Assembly: GCA_046290465.1 (NCBI GenBank)
Contig: JBKAGP010000001.1
Coordinates: 2,496,001-2,560,000 of the forward strand
DNA from: Planctomycetota bacterium
GTDB taxonomy: Bacteria > Planctomycetota > UBA1135 > UBA2386
Direction: 5' to 3'
DNA: 64,000 nucleotides
Part shown: positions 1 to 9,106 of the stretch, one piece after another
How the letters are laid out: every line of letters starts with the position of its first letter
Position numbering within the stretch: the stretch's first letter is position 1
The notes under the pieces: generated by a model
The model's input: only the letters and a program-made list of their open reading frames with translations
Database searches by the model: none
What the model was told of the DNA's origin: nothing
Program-made: the position numbers and the translations under genes

Positions 1-14
1 CCCTGCCAGTCGGC

Positions 15-425
15 TCATGCGTCGTCCCCCTCGAGATCGAACACGTCCCGGTCGATGCGCGCGCCGTCGGGCGGGTTGCGGTTGAGCCACTCGAGCAGAT
101 CGTTGCATTCGTGCACGAGCCGGCCGAGCGGTTCGCCGCGGCGTCGCGCGATGCGAAACCCGACATCGCCGGCGCGGATCCGCTGCATCGCGAGACGCAC
201 CTGTTGCTCGGGACGGCGGAAGCGGCGCACGATGTTGGCGACCTCGACGAGCAGCGCGATGGCGGCGGCAACGACCAGCGCGACCGCCCAGATCCACAAC
301 GCGTCGGCGCCGCGAGGCCCGGTCTGGCCGTGCACCGCGGACTGCAGGTGGGCCACCATCGCGGCGCCGAACAGCGCGGCGACGACGCACAGCAGCAGGA
401 TCGCGGCGACGCGCAGCGACTGCAT
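15..425 (-). CDS. Small two-TM membrane protein with C-terminal HAMP-like segment
   Basis: Two hydrophobic helices, then RRPEQQVRLAMQRIRAGDVGFRIARRRGEPLGRLVHECNDLL (HAMP-like pattern). Start uncertain; the ORF is open to 494. Confidence 0.65.
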   Translation of the reverse strand: MQSLRVAAILLLCVVAALFGAAMVAHLQSAVHGQTGPRGADALWIWAVALVVAAAIALLVEVANIVRRFRRPEQQVRLAMQRIRAGDVGFRIARRRGEPLGRLVHECNDLLEWLNRNPPDGARIDRDVFDLEGDDA

Positions 426-646
426 GGGCCAGCTGTCGACGAGCGAACGCTCGTTGCCAAGGCGAGGGTGGTGACTCGTTGCAGAACTGGACATCGCGTG
501 CGCTTCCCGTCCCTTCTGCTTCGGTCGTTCCGGCGTGTTCGTTCAGCGACCACGGCAGGGACGTCTCGGACTTGGACGCAAGCTACGTGCCGGTGTCAGC
601 CGATGGAGGATCCGAACGAGGGGAACTCGCCGAACTGATCAACCAT

Positions 647-1462
647 ATGGTCGAGCAATCGAATACGACGGAGAAGTCGGGCAAGCGCGCCACCATCTTC
701 GCAGTGACTTCCGGTAAGGGTGGCGTCGGCAAGACGTCGCTGTCGGTGAACGTCGCGTGCGAGTTCAGCCGGCGCGGCTACCGGACCATCATCATCGACA
801 CCGACCTCGGCCTCGCCAACGCGCACATCCTCGCGGGCATCAAGCCGGAGAAGACGCTGTCGGACTACGTCAACGGCACGGCCGAGCTCGCGGACATCAT
901 CGTTCCGGGTCCGGCCGGCGTGAAGTTCATCAGCGGCGGCAGCGGCGTGAAGGACATGGCCAACCTCGACGACAACGGCCGCGCCCAGATCTGCGTGGCG
1001 GTCGAGGACCTGGCGCCGTTCTGCGACGTCATCCTGCTCGACACGGGTGCCGGGGTCAGCAAGGGCGTGACGGACTTCGTCACGCTGGCCGACCAGACCG
1101 TGCTCGTGACCACCAGCAACTTCGCGGCGATCGCCGACGCGTACGGCATCGTCAAGGTCGTCGTGCAGGACGGCTACGACAAGCCGATCCACGCCGTCGT
1201 CAACCGCGTTCGCTCGCCGGAAGAGGCCGAGCAGGTGTTCCTGAAGTTGAAGGGCTGCACCGAGCGCTTTTTGGGGTTCGACCTCAACTGGCTCGGACTG
1301 CTGCCGGAAGATAGCTCCGTTGAGGGCGCCGTCTTGAAGCGGATGCCGTTCAGCGAAGCCTTCCCGGGCAGTGTGGCCGCGCGCTACCTCGCCAAGCTGG
1401 TTTCGGGCCTCGAACGCTACGTCGGGTCGCCCAAGCCGGTGCCGCAAGCCGCCAAGGACTGA
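647..1462 (+). CDS. MinD/FlhG (FleN)-family ATPase
   Basis: Deviant Walker A SGKGGVGKT, DTDLGLAN, ISGGSG and DTGAG motifs typical of FlhG/FleN. Start may lie upstream (ORF open from 479). Confidence 0.9.
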   Translation: MVEQSNTTEKSGKRATIFAVTSGKGGVGKTSLSVNVACEFSRRGYRTIIIDTDLGLANAHILAGIKPEKTLSDYVNGTAELADIIVPGPAGVKFISGGSGVKDMANLDDNGRAQICVAVEDLAPFCDVILLDTGAGVSKGVTDFVTLADQTVLVTTSNFAAIADAYGIVKVVVQDGYDKPIHAVVNRVRSPEEAEQVFLKLKGCTERFLGFDLNWLGLLPEDSSVEGAVLKRMPFSEAFPGSVAARYLAKLVSGLERYVGSPKPVPQAAKD

Positions 1463-1536
1463 TCGGGAGACACAAGGGAGAGCGGTCCGCCAGTGGCGCG
1501 CCGCATTGGGACCAACTGGGAAAGAGGGATTGAAGG

Positions 1537-1962
1537 ATGACCCGCACGACGAAGCAGGATGCGCAAAGCATGGATCAGGCGACGGGCAAGCTCGCGGCCA
1601 ACGAAGAGCAGTTCGGCCGTCAGGCCAACAAGGGGATTCTGGCCGACAAGGTCGCCGAGGAACTGAACGTTCCTCGTCGCACGGCCGCTCGCGTTCTGGA
1701 CGCCGTGCTGGACGCGGTCAGCGAACTGCTGCACAGCCGTGGCAAGGTCGCGGTCAAGGGCTTCGGCACGTTCGAGCGCCGCATCCGCAAGGGTCGCGCC
1801 TACAAGCACCCGCTGACGGGTGAGAGCATCGACGTCGCCAACAAGGAGACGATCATCTTCAAGCCGAGCGACCAGCTGATCGCCGAGACCCGCACCAACG
1901 CGGCGCCGAAGGCCAAGAAGCCGGCCGGCACCCCGACCGACGGCATCCTGTTCAAGGGCTAG
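1537..1962 (+). CDS. HU/IHF-family DNA-binding protein with N- and C-terminal extensions
   Basis: KVAVKGFGTFERRIRKGRAYKHPLTGESIDV...IIFKPS is the HU arm motif. Confidence 0.9.
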   Translation: MTRTTKQDAQSMDQATGKLAANEEQFGRQANKGILADKVAEELNVPRRTAARVLDAVLDAVSELLHSRGKVAVKGFGTFERRIRKGRAYKHPLTGESIDVANKETIIFKPSDQLIAETRTNAAPKAKKPAGTPTDGILFKG

Positions 1963-1986
1963 GTCGAAGCAGACGAGATCCTCGTG

Positions 1987-2023
1987 ACGAGGAGGCAGGC
2001 GCCAGCCCGCCTCCTCGTTTCGT
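1987..2023 (+). terminator. Probable intrinsic terminator after the HU gene
   Basis: ACGAGGAGGC...GCCTCCTCGT stem followed by a short T-rich tail. Confidence 0.55.
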
Positions 2024-2071
2024 ATCCGGAGAAGGTTCTCGACGGCGCCGCCCCGAGCTATCGTTCCGACC

Positions 2072-2974
2072 GTGACCGCGCCCGAGGAATACCTGGCCGC
2101 AGCCGTGCAGTTCGACGTCGTCGCCGGCGACGTCGACGCCAACGTTGCCGCGATGCACAGCGGCATCGACGAGGCCGTCGCCGCCGGCGCGCGCCTGTGC
2201 GTGCTGCCGGAGATGTGGTCGACGTCGTTCCTGACCGAGTTCGACGATGCGCTGTTCGACGCGGCGCGCGAGGCCGACGAGGCGCTGCGCACGCAGTCAG
2301 AAGAGCACGCGCTGGTGGTCGTCGGCAGTTCGCTGGAGGCGCACGGCGGCAAGGTGTTCAACACCGCGCGGGTCTACGAACGGGGCGAACTGCGCGGCAG
2401 CTACCGCAAGATCCACCTGTTCTCGCCCAACCTCGAGCACCGCCACCACGCGGCCGGCAGCGAGCCGTGCGTGGTCGACACCGAGCTCGGCCGGCTCGGT
2501 GTGCTGATCTGCTACGACGTGCGCTTCCCCGAACTGGCGCGCTACTACTTCCACAGTGGTGTCGAGGTGCTGGTCGTGCCCGGCCAGTGGCCGGAGGCGC
2601 GCGGCCAGCACTGGCGTACGTTGCTGCGGGCGCGCGCGATCGAGAACGAGATGTTCGTGATCGGCTGCAACCGCACCGGCCAGGAGGAATCGCTGCGCAA
2701 CGGTGAGCCGATGCCGTTCCCCGGGGATGGCCGGATCATCGAACCGACCGGCGAGATCCTGGCGACCGGCAACGGCGACGCGGGCGCCGTGGTCGGCCCG
2801 ATCGAACTGCGCAAGGTGCGCACGATGCGGCGCATCCTGCCGGTGGCCGCCGACCTGCGTCCCGAGGTCTACCAGCGGCTGTTGACCGAGGCCTACGACG
2901 GCATGGTCGCCGGCACCCGCAACGAGACCGACGGCCAGCAGAAGGACGCGCGCAAGGCGCCGCCGAAGGCGTAG
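2072..2974 (+). CDS. Nitrilase-superfamily carbon-nitrogen hydrolase
   Basis: Catalytic triad motifs LPEM, YRKIHLF and ICYDVRFPE. Confidence 0.92.
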   Translation: MTAPEEYLAAAVQFDVVAGDVDANVAAMHSGIDEAVAAGARLCVLPEMWSTSFLTEFDDALFDAAREADEALRTQSEEHALVVVGSSLEAHGGKVFNTARVYERGELRGSYRKIHLFSPNLEHRHHAAGSEPCVVDTELGRLGVLICYDVRFPELARYYFHSGVEVLVVPGQWPEARGQHWRTLLRARAIENEMFVIGCNRTGQEESLRNGEPMPFPGDGRIIEPTGEILATGNGDAGAVVGPIELRKVRTMRRILPVAADLRPEVYQRLLTEAYDGMVAGTRNETDGQQKDARKAPPKA

Positions 2975-3033
2975 TCGACGCTGGCCTGATCGACGCTGGC
3001 CTGATCGACGAAGGCCTAATCGACGAAGGCCTG
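2975..3033. repeat. Four tandem 15-bp units TCGACG(CT/AA)GGCCT(G/A)N
   Basis: Units start at 2975, 2990, 3005 and 3020 and overlap the 3' end of the sigma gene. Confidence 0.9.
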
Positions 3034-4233
3034 CAGCCGGCGCAGCTTGCTCGGCCGCTTGATGCGACCCAGCGCCGCGTTCTGCAGCTGCCGCACGCGC
3101 TCGGCGGTGATGCCGAGGTCCTGCGCGATCTCACCGAGCGTCTCCGGTTCGTCGCCGTCCAGGCCGAAGCGTCGGCGCAGGATGCCCTGCTCGCGCTGCG
3201 GCAGGTCCGACATGACGTCCTCGAGCACCGCGCCGAGGTCGCCGACCGGGATCGCCTCGGGCACCGGCACCTGATCTTCGTCGGGCAGCAGCTGGCCCAG
3301 GTTGGCGCCGTCGTCGCCGCCGATCTCGGCGTCGAGGCTGACCGCGTAGCGCCGCGTCGACAGCACCCACTCGACCTTCGACTCCGGCACGTCGATGCGC
3401 TCGGCGATCTCGGCAGGCGTCAGTTCGCGGCCCTCGCGGCGGCCGGCCTCCTGCGCGCGGCGGATCTTGCCGAGCACCTTCTGCACCCAGATCGGCACCC
3501 GAACGGTCCGGGAGCTGTTGTAGAGCATCTTCAGCACCGCCTGGTGCACCCAGTACTGCGCGTAGGTCCGGAAGCGCACGTCGCGGCGCCAGTCGAAGCC
3601 GTCGATGGCCTGGAACAGCGAGGCGTTGCCCTCCTGCACCAGGTCCTGCGAGTCGACGCCGAGGTTGCGGTAGCGGTTGACGGTGCTGAGCACGATGTAG
3701 AGGGCGCCCTCGACGTAGAGGTTCCGCAGGTCCTCGAACTGCAGGATCATCCGTTCGAGCCAGGCGCGCCCGATGGGGCTGCGGCCTTCGCTCTGCTCGG
3801 GGCGATCGGCGAGTTCGGCGAGCATCCGGTTGGACGGCTGCTTCAGCAGCTCGAGCGCGCGCGCCTCTTCGATGCCGAAGCGGCCCAGGCCCATGACCAG
3901 CAGGTCGCGCAGGAACTCGTGGCGGCGCGCCATGCGGAACTCCTCCTCGCGATCCATCGGGGCGATGCGCTTGAGGTCGGCGGAGTAGAGCGCGTCGCGG
4001 ATGTCAGGAAGGTCCGGGGCGCCTGCCAGGCTGACAGCGTCGATCCGTTCCTGGCGGTAGGCCTCGAGATCCAGATGCGCCTCGGCCTTGGCGAACAGAC
4101 GGGCGAGCTTCTTTACGTTGGCACCGAACTGGTCGGTTTCGACGTCGAGCCACGTGTCCAGCTCGGAGAACGCAACCTGCTGTTGCGACTGGAGCTTCGG
4201 AAGCGAGCGACGGAGGATCTTGGCTAGCACCAT
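3016..4233 (-). CDS. Divergent sigma-70 family (RpoD/RpoS-like) sigma factor
   Basis: Region 2 DLVQEGN...FDWRRDVRFRTYAQYWVHQAV, region 3 RTVRVP, region 4 ETLGEIAQDLGITAERVRQLQ. Confidence 0.92.
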   Translation of the reverse strand: MVLAKILRRSLPKLQSQQQVAFSELDTWLDVETDQFGANVKKLARLFAKAEAHLDLEAYRQERIDAVSLAGAPDLPDIRDALYSADLKRIAPMDREEEFRMARRHEFLRDLLVMGLGRFGIEEARALELLKQPSNRMLAELADRPEQSEGRSPIGRAWLERMILQFEDLRNLYVEGALYIVLSTVNRYRNLGVDSQDLVQEGNASLFQAIDGFDWRRDVRFRTYAQYWVHQAVLKMLYNSSRTVRVPIWVQKVLGKIRRAQEAGRREGRELTPAEIAERIDVPESKVEWVLSTRRYAVSLDAEIGGDDGANLGQLLPDEDQVPVPEAIPVGDLGAVLEDVMSDLPQREQGILRRRFGLDGDEPETLGEIAQDLGITAERVRQLQNAALGRIKRPSKLRRLQAFVD

Positions 4234-4489
4234 GGCACTGTTCGGGGTAGGGGTCGCATGTGATACGACGGCCACACGCGAGCGAAGCTTCGCTGCCGTG
4301 CGGAAACCGGACGCACATACCCCCGAAAGCGAACAACAACCGTGCCCGTTGTCCGCGTTCGGGGCCGAAAGGCCCTCTGGGCGGGCGGAAACGGCCCTTT
4401 GCAGGGGGAGCACAGGTGCGGCAGAAATCCCCTCTATACCCGGCGAGCAACGGCCGGGCAGCGCGCGTTCGCGGTGCGGTCCGCGCCGC

Positions 4490-5422
4490 CTACTTCTTGC
4501 GCATCAGCAGCAGCACGATGACCAGCAGGATCGCGCCCCCGCCGACGATCAGCATCGTCGGGAAGCCGCCCTCCTCGGTCGAGGCCATCGGCAGGTCGTC
4601 GACCGGGTCGCTGGTCTCCGTCTCGACCGGCTCGCGCGGCTGCGGCGGCGCGACGGTGTTGGCGTTGCCGCTCATCGCATCGGGCTTCTGGCTGCCGGCG
4701 GGCCCGACGTTGTCGCCGTTGGCGGCGCTCGGCGGCGTCACCGGCTCGGCCCGCTCCGTCTGGTCCTCGCGCATCTTGCGCCCCTCGACCTCGGGATCGG
4801 CGTACGGCGCGACCTCGACCTGCGCCTGCACGCGCTCGATGAAGCGCCCCACGGCCTGGGCGGTGCGGCCGTCGTAGATGTCGAACTCGAGGTCCACCGC
4901 GACCTGCGCCTTGTCGCCGAGCTTGGCCTCCGGCGTCAGCGTCACCGGCACCTCGAACACGGCGGTGTTCTCGTAGACCGGGCGGCCGCGGTAGGCCTCG
5001 TGGATCGTGCCGACCTGGGCGGGCCGCGCCAGCAGGCTGCCGACCTGGACCAGCTTGCTCGGCTGCGCGGTCATCGCGACCTGCGACGGCGCCGGCATCA
5101 CCGAGCGCCCCTGCAGGACAGCGGTGATCAGCATCGTGCCCGACTGCCCGGGCAGCAGCTTCGGCGGGCGCATCGCCGTGACGAAGCGGCACTGGCCGCG
5201 CGAGCCACGGCGCTTGCGCGCCTCCAGGATCTCCTCCGCGGTCATCGGCTTCGATTCCCCGATCTCCCCGTCGCGCTGCGCCTGGCGCTTCTGCGCGAGC
5301 TTGTTGCGCCGCGCCTCCAGTTCGGCCTGCAGGTCGCCGGACCCCTCCTGCGCAGGGAGCGCGGAGACGAGGCTGGCGAGAGCGGCGAGGATCAGCGAGA
5401 GCTTGGGAAGGCGAAACGTCAT
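4490..5422 (-). CDS. Secreted hypothetical protein with Pro/acidic linker and C-terminal TM anchor
   Basis: N-terminal signal peptide; ends GGFPTMLIVGGGAILLVIVLLLMRKK. Confidence 0.75.
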   Translation of the reverse strand: MTFRLPKLSLILAALASLVSALPAQEGSGDLQAELEARRNKLAQKRQAQRDGEIGESKPMTAEEILEARKRRGSRGQCRFVTAMRPPKLLPGQSGTMLITAVLQGRSVMPAPSQVAMTAQPSKLVQVGSLLARPAQVGTIHEAYRGRPVYENTAVFEVPVTLTPEAKLGDKAQVAVDLEFDIYDGRTAQAVGRFIERVQAQVEVAPYADPEVEGRKMREDQTERAEPVTPPSAANGDNVGPAGSQKPDAMSGNANTVAPPQPREPVETETSDPVDDLPMASTEEGGFPTMLIVGGGAILLVIVLLLMRKK

Positions 5423-5574
5423 GCTGGCAAGGGCCCGAAGGAACGGGGCGGCGAATGCTACCCGGTGGAAGCGGGCTTTCGACGGCGCGCGGCGACAGAA
5501 CTTCCCGAACCGGGTCCTCGTAAGCGCTACGGCCCCTTGATATGGCCCCATTCCGTGGCTATTTACGCCGCTTC

Positions 5575-6663
5575 ATGTCAGCCGAAGCGACCGTATCCGA
5601 AGCCCAGGTCCTCGACGCCCTGCGCGCCGTGCAGGATCCCGACCTCCACAAGGACATCGTAAGCCTCGGCTTCATCAAGGAGTTGCGCATCTGCGGCGGC
5701 AGCGTCGCGTTCCAGATCGAGCTGACGACGCCGGCCTGTCCGGTCAAGGACCTGATGAAGGCGCAGGCGGAGTCGGCGGTGAAGGCGCTGCCCGGCGTGG
5801 CCGGCGTCGACATCGAGATGACCGCGCAGGTCACGGCCAGCCGTCCGGTGCTCGGCGAGAAGGGCACCATCCCCGGCGTCAAGAACGTCATCGCGGTGTC
5901 GTCCGGCAAGGGCGGCGTCGGCAAGTCGACCGTCGCCGTCAACCTCGCCTGCGCGCTCGCCAAGACCGGCGCGCGCGTCGGCATCCTCGACGCCGACGTC
6001 TACGGCCCCAACGTGCCGCTGATGCTCGGCGTCAAGGGCGTCGAACCGCAGGTCGTGCAGGAGACGATCAACGGCGAGACCGTCAAGCGCATCCTGCCGT
6101 TCGAGGCGCACGGCATGCAGATGATCTCGATGGGCCTGCTGGTCGCCGAGGACCAGGCGGTCATCTGGCGCGGGCCGATGCTGCACTCGGCCGTGCGACA
6201 GTTCTTGTTCGAGGTCGCGTGGAACGACGTCGACTACCTGGTCGTCGACCTGCCGCCGGGCACCGGCGACGCGCAGCTGTCGCTGAGCCAGCAGGCGCAC
6301 CTGATGGGATCGGTCATCGTCACGACCCCGCAGGACGTCTCGGTGCTCGACGTCAAGAAGGCGATCCGCATGTTCCAGACCGTCAACGTGCCGATCCTCG
6401 GCGTCGTCGAGAACATGGCGTGGTTCCAGCCGCCCGGCAGCGACGAGCGCTACCACCTGTTCGGCGAAGGCGGCGGCAAGCGCATCGAAGAACAGTTCGG
6501 CGTGCCGCTGCTCGGCCAGATCCCGATCGAGATCGCGGTGCGCGAAGGCGGCGACGGCGGCAAGCCGATCGTGATGTCCGCGCCCGAGTCGGCCAGCGCC
6601 AAGGCGATCGAGGAGATCGCCGGCAAGCTCGCCCAGCGCGTCAGCGTGCTCAACGCCGAATAG
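5575..6663 (+). CDS. mrp: Mrp/NBP35 (ApbC) Fe-S cluster carrier ATPase
   Basis: N-terminal DUF59-like VQDPDL...TTPACP; SGKGGVGKST, DADVYGP, WRGPM, DLPPGTGD, GVVENM. Confidence 0.95.
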   Translation: MSAEATVSEAQVLDALRAVQDPDLHKDIVSLGFIKELRICGGSVAFQIELTTPACPVKDLMKAQAESAVKALPGVAGVDIEMTAQVTASRPVLGEKGTIPGVKNVIAVSSGKGGVGKSTVAVNLACALAKTGARVGILDADVYGPNVPLMLGVKGVEPQVVQETINGETVKRILPFEAHGMQMISMGLLVAEDQAVIWRGPMLHSAVRQFLFEVAWNDVDYLVVDLPPGTGDAQLSLSQQAHLMGSVIVTTPQDVSVLDVKKAIRMFQTVNVPILGVVENMAWFQPPGSDERYHLFGEGGGKRIEEQFGVPLLGQIPIEIAVREGGDGGKPIVMSAPESASAKAIEEIAGKLAQRVSVLNAE

Positions 6664-6670
6664 CGCGCCG

Positions 6671-7570
6671 CTACGCGTCGGCAGCCGCTGCCGGCTGCTG
6701 CTCGAGGAAGTCCTCGAGCTTCGGACGCGGCGCGGACGGTGTCGACGCGCACAGCCCCCACGACTCCAGCGTCGGGTTGCCGGGCCCGTCGGGCCGCAAC
6801 AGCGCCGCCGGCAGGTTGACGTGCACGTGGATCGGCACGCTGCCCTGGTCGCGGGGCTGTCGCAACCACTGCATCGATCCGTCCGGCTTGCGCATGCTCG
6901 AGCGCGGATGGAACGAGAAGTGCAAGAACCACAGCCCGGGCAGCCACAGCGTGTGCGGCGACGACTGGATGTACTGGTCGCCGGTCTCGACGAACCCGTG
7001 CATGCCCCACTCGAGCCCGTTGCCGCGCAGGTTCTGCAGCGACGTGATCCGGACCAGGTAGTTGTAGGCGGAGTGGTCGGTGTCCGACTGCAGGTAGTCC
7101 GCCGGCCGGCAGCTGTCCGGCCCGGCGAAGCCTGGGCAGATCGGCCGCATGCCGATGTTCTTGACCAGCACGCCGTCGGTCGGCGTGTGGTCCATCGCCC
7201 GGCCGTGGTTCTGCGGCGGGTCGTTGAGCGGCGGGAAGTGCTCGTGCACCTCGAGCAGCTTGCGCGAGAACCCCAACACGTCGTCGGAGTAGACCTCGTC
7301 GCCGTCGAGCGTCAGCACGTGGGTCGCGCCGCGCCGGCGCGCCTCCGCGAGCATCGCCTCGCGGTTGTCGTGCTCGTTGTCGCCGCCGAAGCCCTCGAAC
7401 AGCGTCAGCTTGTCGCCCAGGTGCTTCATGCCCCGCACGATCTCCGGCGTGCGGTCCTCGCTGTGGTTGTCGAAGACGAGCACCTCGTCGACGTGGGGCG
7501 CTACCGAGGTGAGGGCGTACCAGATCCAGTACTCCTCGTTCTTGACCATCGAGATCGAAATGAGCTTCAT
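6671..7570 (-). CDS. Glycosyltransferase family 2-like protein
   Basis: MVKNEE...DEVLVFDNHSEDRT...LTLDGDE (GT-A DxD motif). Confidence 0.8.
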   Translation of the reverse strand: MKLISISMVKNEEYWIWYALTSVAPHVDEVLVFDNHSEDRTPEIVRGMKHLGDKLTLFEGFGGDNEHDNREAMLAEARRRGATHVLTLDGDEVYSDDVLGFSRKLLEVHEHFPPLNDPPQNHGRAMDHTPTDGVLVKNIGMRPICPGFAGPDSCRPADYLQSDTDHSAYNYLVRITSLQNLRGNGLEWGMHGFVETGDQYIQSSPHTLWLPGLWFLHFSFHPRSSMRKPDGSMQWLRQPRDQGSVPIHVHVNLPAALLRPDGPGNPTLESWGLCASTPSAPRPKLEDFLEQQPAAAADA

Positions 7571-7715
7571 GCGCCGAGTTGCAATTCCAGAGCTGTCGGG
7601 ATCATCGACAGCCCCGGCATCCGCACTTGAGACCGCACCCTTGCCATGGGGCCCCCGATGGTCGAAATTCAGCGGCTCCCCGGGGCGCCCCTTCGGCGCC
7701 CACCCAATCTCAGAC

Positions 7716-8036
7716 ATGGTCACCGAACTCAACGACGCCGACTTCAAGAGCACCCTGGAATCCGCCACGACCCCGATCCTCGTCGATTTCTCGGCGAGCT
7801 GGTGCGCGCCCTGCAAGGCGCTCGCGCCGACGATCGACAAGGTCGCCGACGAATACGAGGGCAAGATGTCGGTCTACAAGGTCGACATCGACAACGCCCA
7901 GGAGACCGCCGCGAGCTTCGGCATCATGAGCGTGCCGACCTGCATCTTCTTCCGCGACGGCAAGGAAGTGGACCGCTTCATGGGCAACGTCGACCTGCGC
8001 ACCGTCAAGGGCCACGTCGATCGCGTGCTGGCCTGA
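7716..8036 (+). CDS. trxA: Thioredoxin
   Basis: VDFSASWCAPC active site, IMSVPT cis-Pro motif, 106 aa. Confidence 0.92.
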   Translation: MVTELNDADFKSTLESATTPILVDFSASWCAPCKALAPTIDKVADEYEGKMSVYKVDIDNAQETAASFGIMSVPTCIFFRDGKEVDRFMGNVDLRTVKGHVDRVLA

Positions 8037-8072
8037 TCTTCCGCTGGCCTGATCTCCGCCGGAGCCGGCCGA

Positions 8073-8468
8073 CTAGCTACCGGCGGCCGGCAGCTTCGAC
8101 CGGCGCACGCGGCGCAAATGCACAAACAGCAGCGCCAGTCCGAGCGGCACGCTCGCCAGCCCCAGCAGCCAGCGATTCCGCTCGGCCCCGACCGCGATCG
8201 GCGCGACGCATCGAACCCCGCCGATCGTCGCCACGAACACGTGCTGGCCCGCGACCTGGGGCGTGAACCGCAACCGGCCGTCCTCGGCCGTGGCGCCGGC
8301 CGGCCGGTGCGAGCCGTCGGGCAGTTCGACCTCGACGACCACGGCGGCCGCCGGCATCGCCGCGTCGGTCGCAGTCACGACGACCTCCTTGCCGACCTGC
8401 GTCGGCATCGGACCGACCTGCAGTTGCTGCAGTGCGAACAGACAGGTCACAGCCAACACGGAACCCAC
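8073..8468 (-). CDS. Small secreted protein with C-terminal TM helix
   Basis: Signal-like N-terminus, beta-rich core, hydrophobic C-terminal helix with basic tail. Confidence 0.6.
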   Translation of the reverse strand: MGSVLAVTCLFALQQLQVGPMPTQVGKEVVVTATDAAMPAAAVVVEVELPDGSHRPAGATAEDGRLRFTPQVAGQHVFVATIGGVRCVAPIAVGAERNRWLLGLASVPLGLALLFVHLRRVRRSKLPAAGS

Positions 8469-8487
8469 GTCCCCTAGTCAACCCGCC

Positions 8488-9096
8488 GTGCCCGTCGAAG
8501 TCGAGAACCTCGGATCGCGCGCCTACGAGCCGGTGCTCGCCGCGATGCGCGAACGCCACGCCCAGGTCGCCGGCGGCGAACGTGACGGCGCCGTCTGGCT
8601 GGTCGAGCACGAGCCGGTCTACACCGCCGGCCGCGCCACCCCCGCGACGGACCTGCGCGACGGCATCGTGCCGATCGAACGCGGCGGGCAGATCACCTGG
8701 CACGGCCCCGGCCAGCTGACCATCTACCCGATCGTCCGGCTGCCGAAGCGCGACGTGCGCGACTGGCTGCGGCGCATCGAGCGGTTCGGGATGCGCATCG
8801 CGGAGTCGTTCGGCCTGGTCGCCGAACCGTCGGTCGACGGCACCGGCGTGTTCGTCGACGGCCGCAAGTTCGCCTCGATCGGCGTCGCCGTGAAGCGCTG
8901 GACCAACCTGCACGGCATTGGCGTCAACGTCGCCGTCGAGGGCTCGCCGTGGCACCAAGTGCGGCCGTGCGGCCTGTCGCCGGACATCATGACCGACCTC
9001 AGCGAGGCCGCGGGGCGCGCGATCACGATCGACGCCGCGGCCGCCGCCGCGCGCGATGCGGTTTCCGTGCTGACGGCCGACGCCGATCCGGTATGA
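8488..9096 (+). CDS. lipB: Lipoyl(octanoyl) transferase
   Basis: EHEPVYTAGR, RGGQITWHGPGQL, RKFASIGV, HGIGVNV, PCG. Confidence 0.95.
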   Translation: MPVEVENLGSRAYEPVLAAMRERHAQVAGGERDGAVWLVEHEPVYTAGRATPATDLRDGIVPIERGGQITWHGPGQLTIYPIVRLPKRDVRDWLRRIERFGMRIAESFGLVAEPSVDGTGVFVDGRKFASIGVAVKRWTNLHGIGVNVAVEGSPWHQVRPCGLSPDIMTDLSEAAGRAITIDAAAAAARDAVSVLTADADPV

Positions 9097-9106
9097 CCAA
9101 GCGTCG

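Noticed and set aside
8027..8058. Two-copy GCTGGCCTGATCT duplication at the thioredoxin 3' end; also CCAGCCAT repeats near 43257
   Set aside because: Short local duplications with no evidence of function; the overlap with the 2975 repeat motif could be chance at this GC content.
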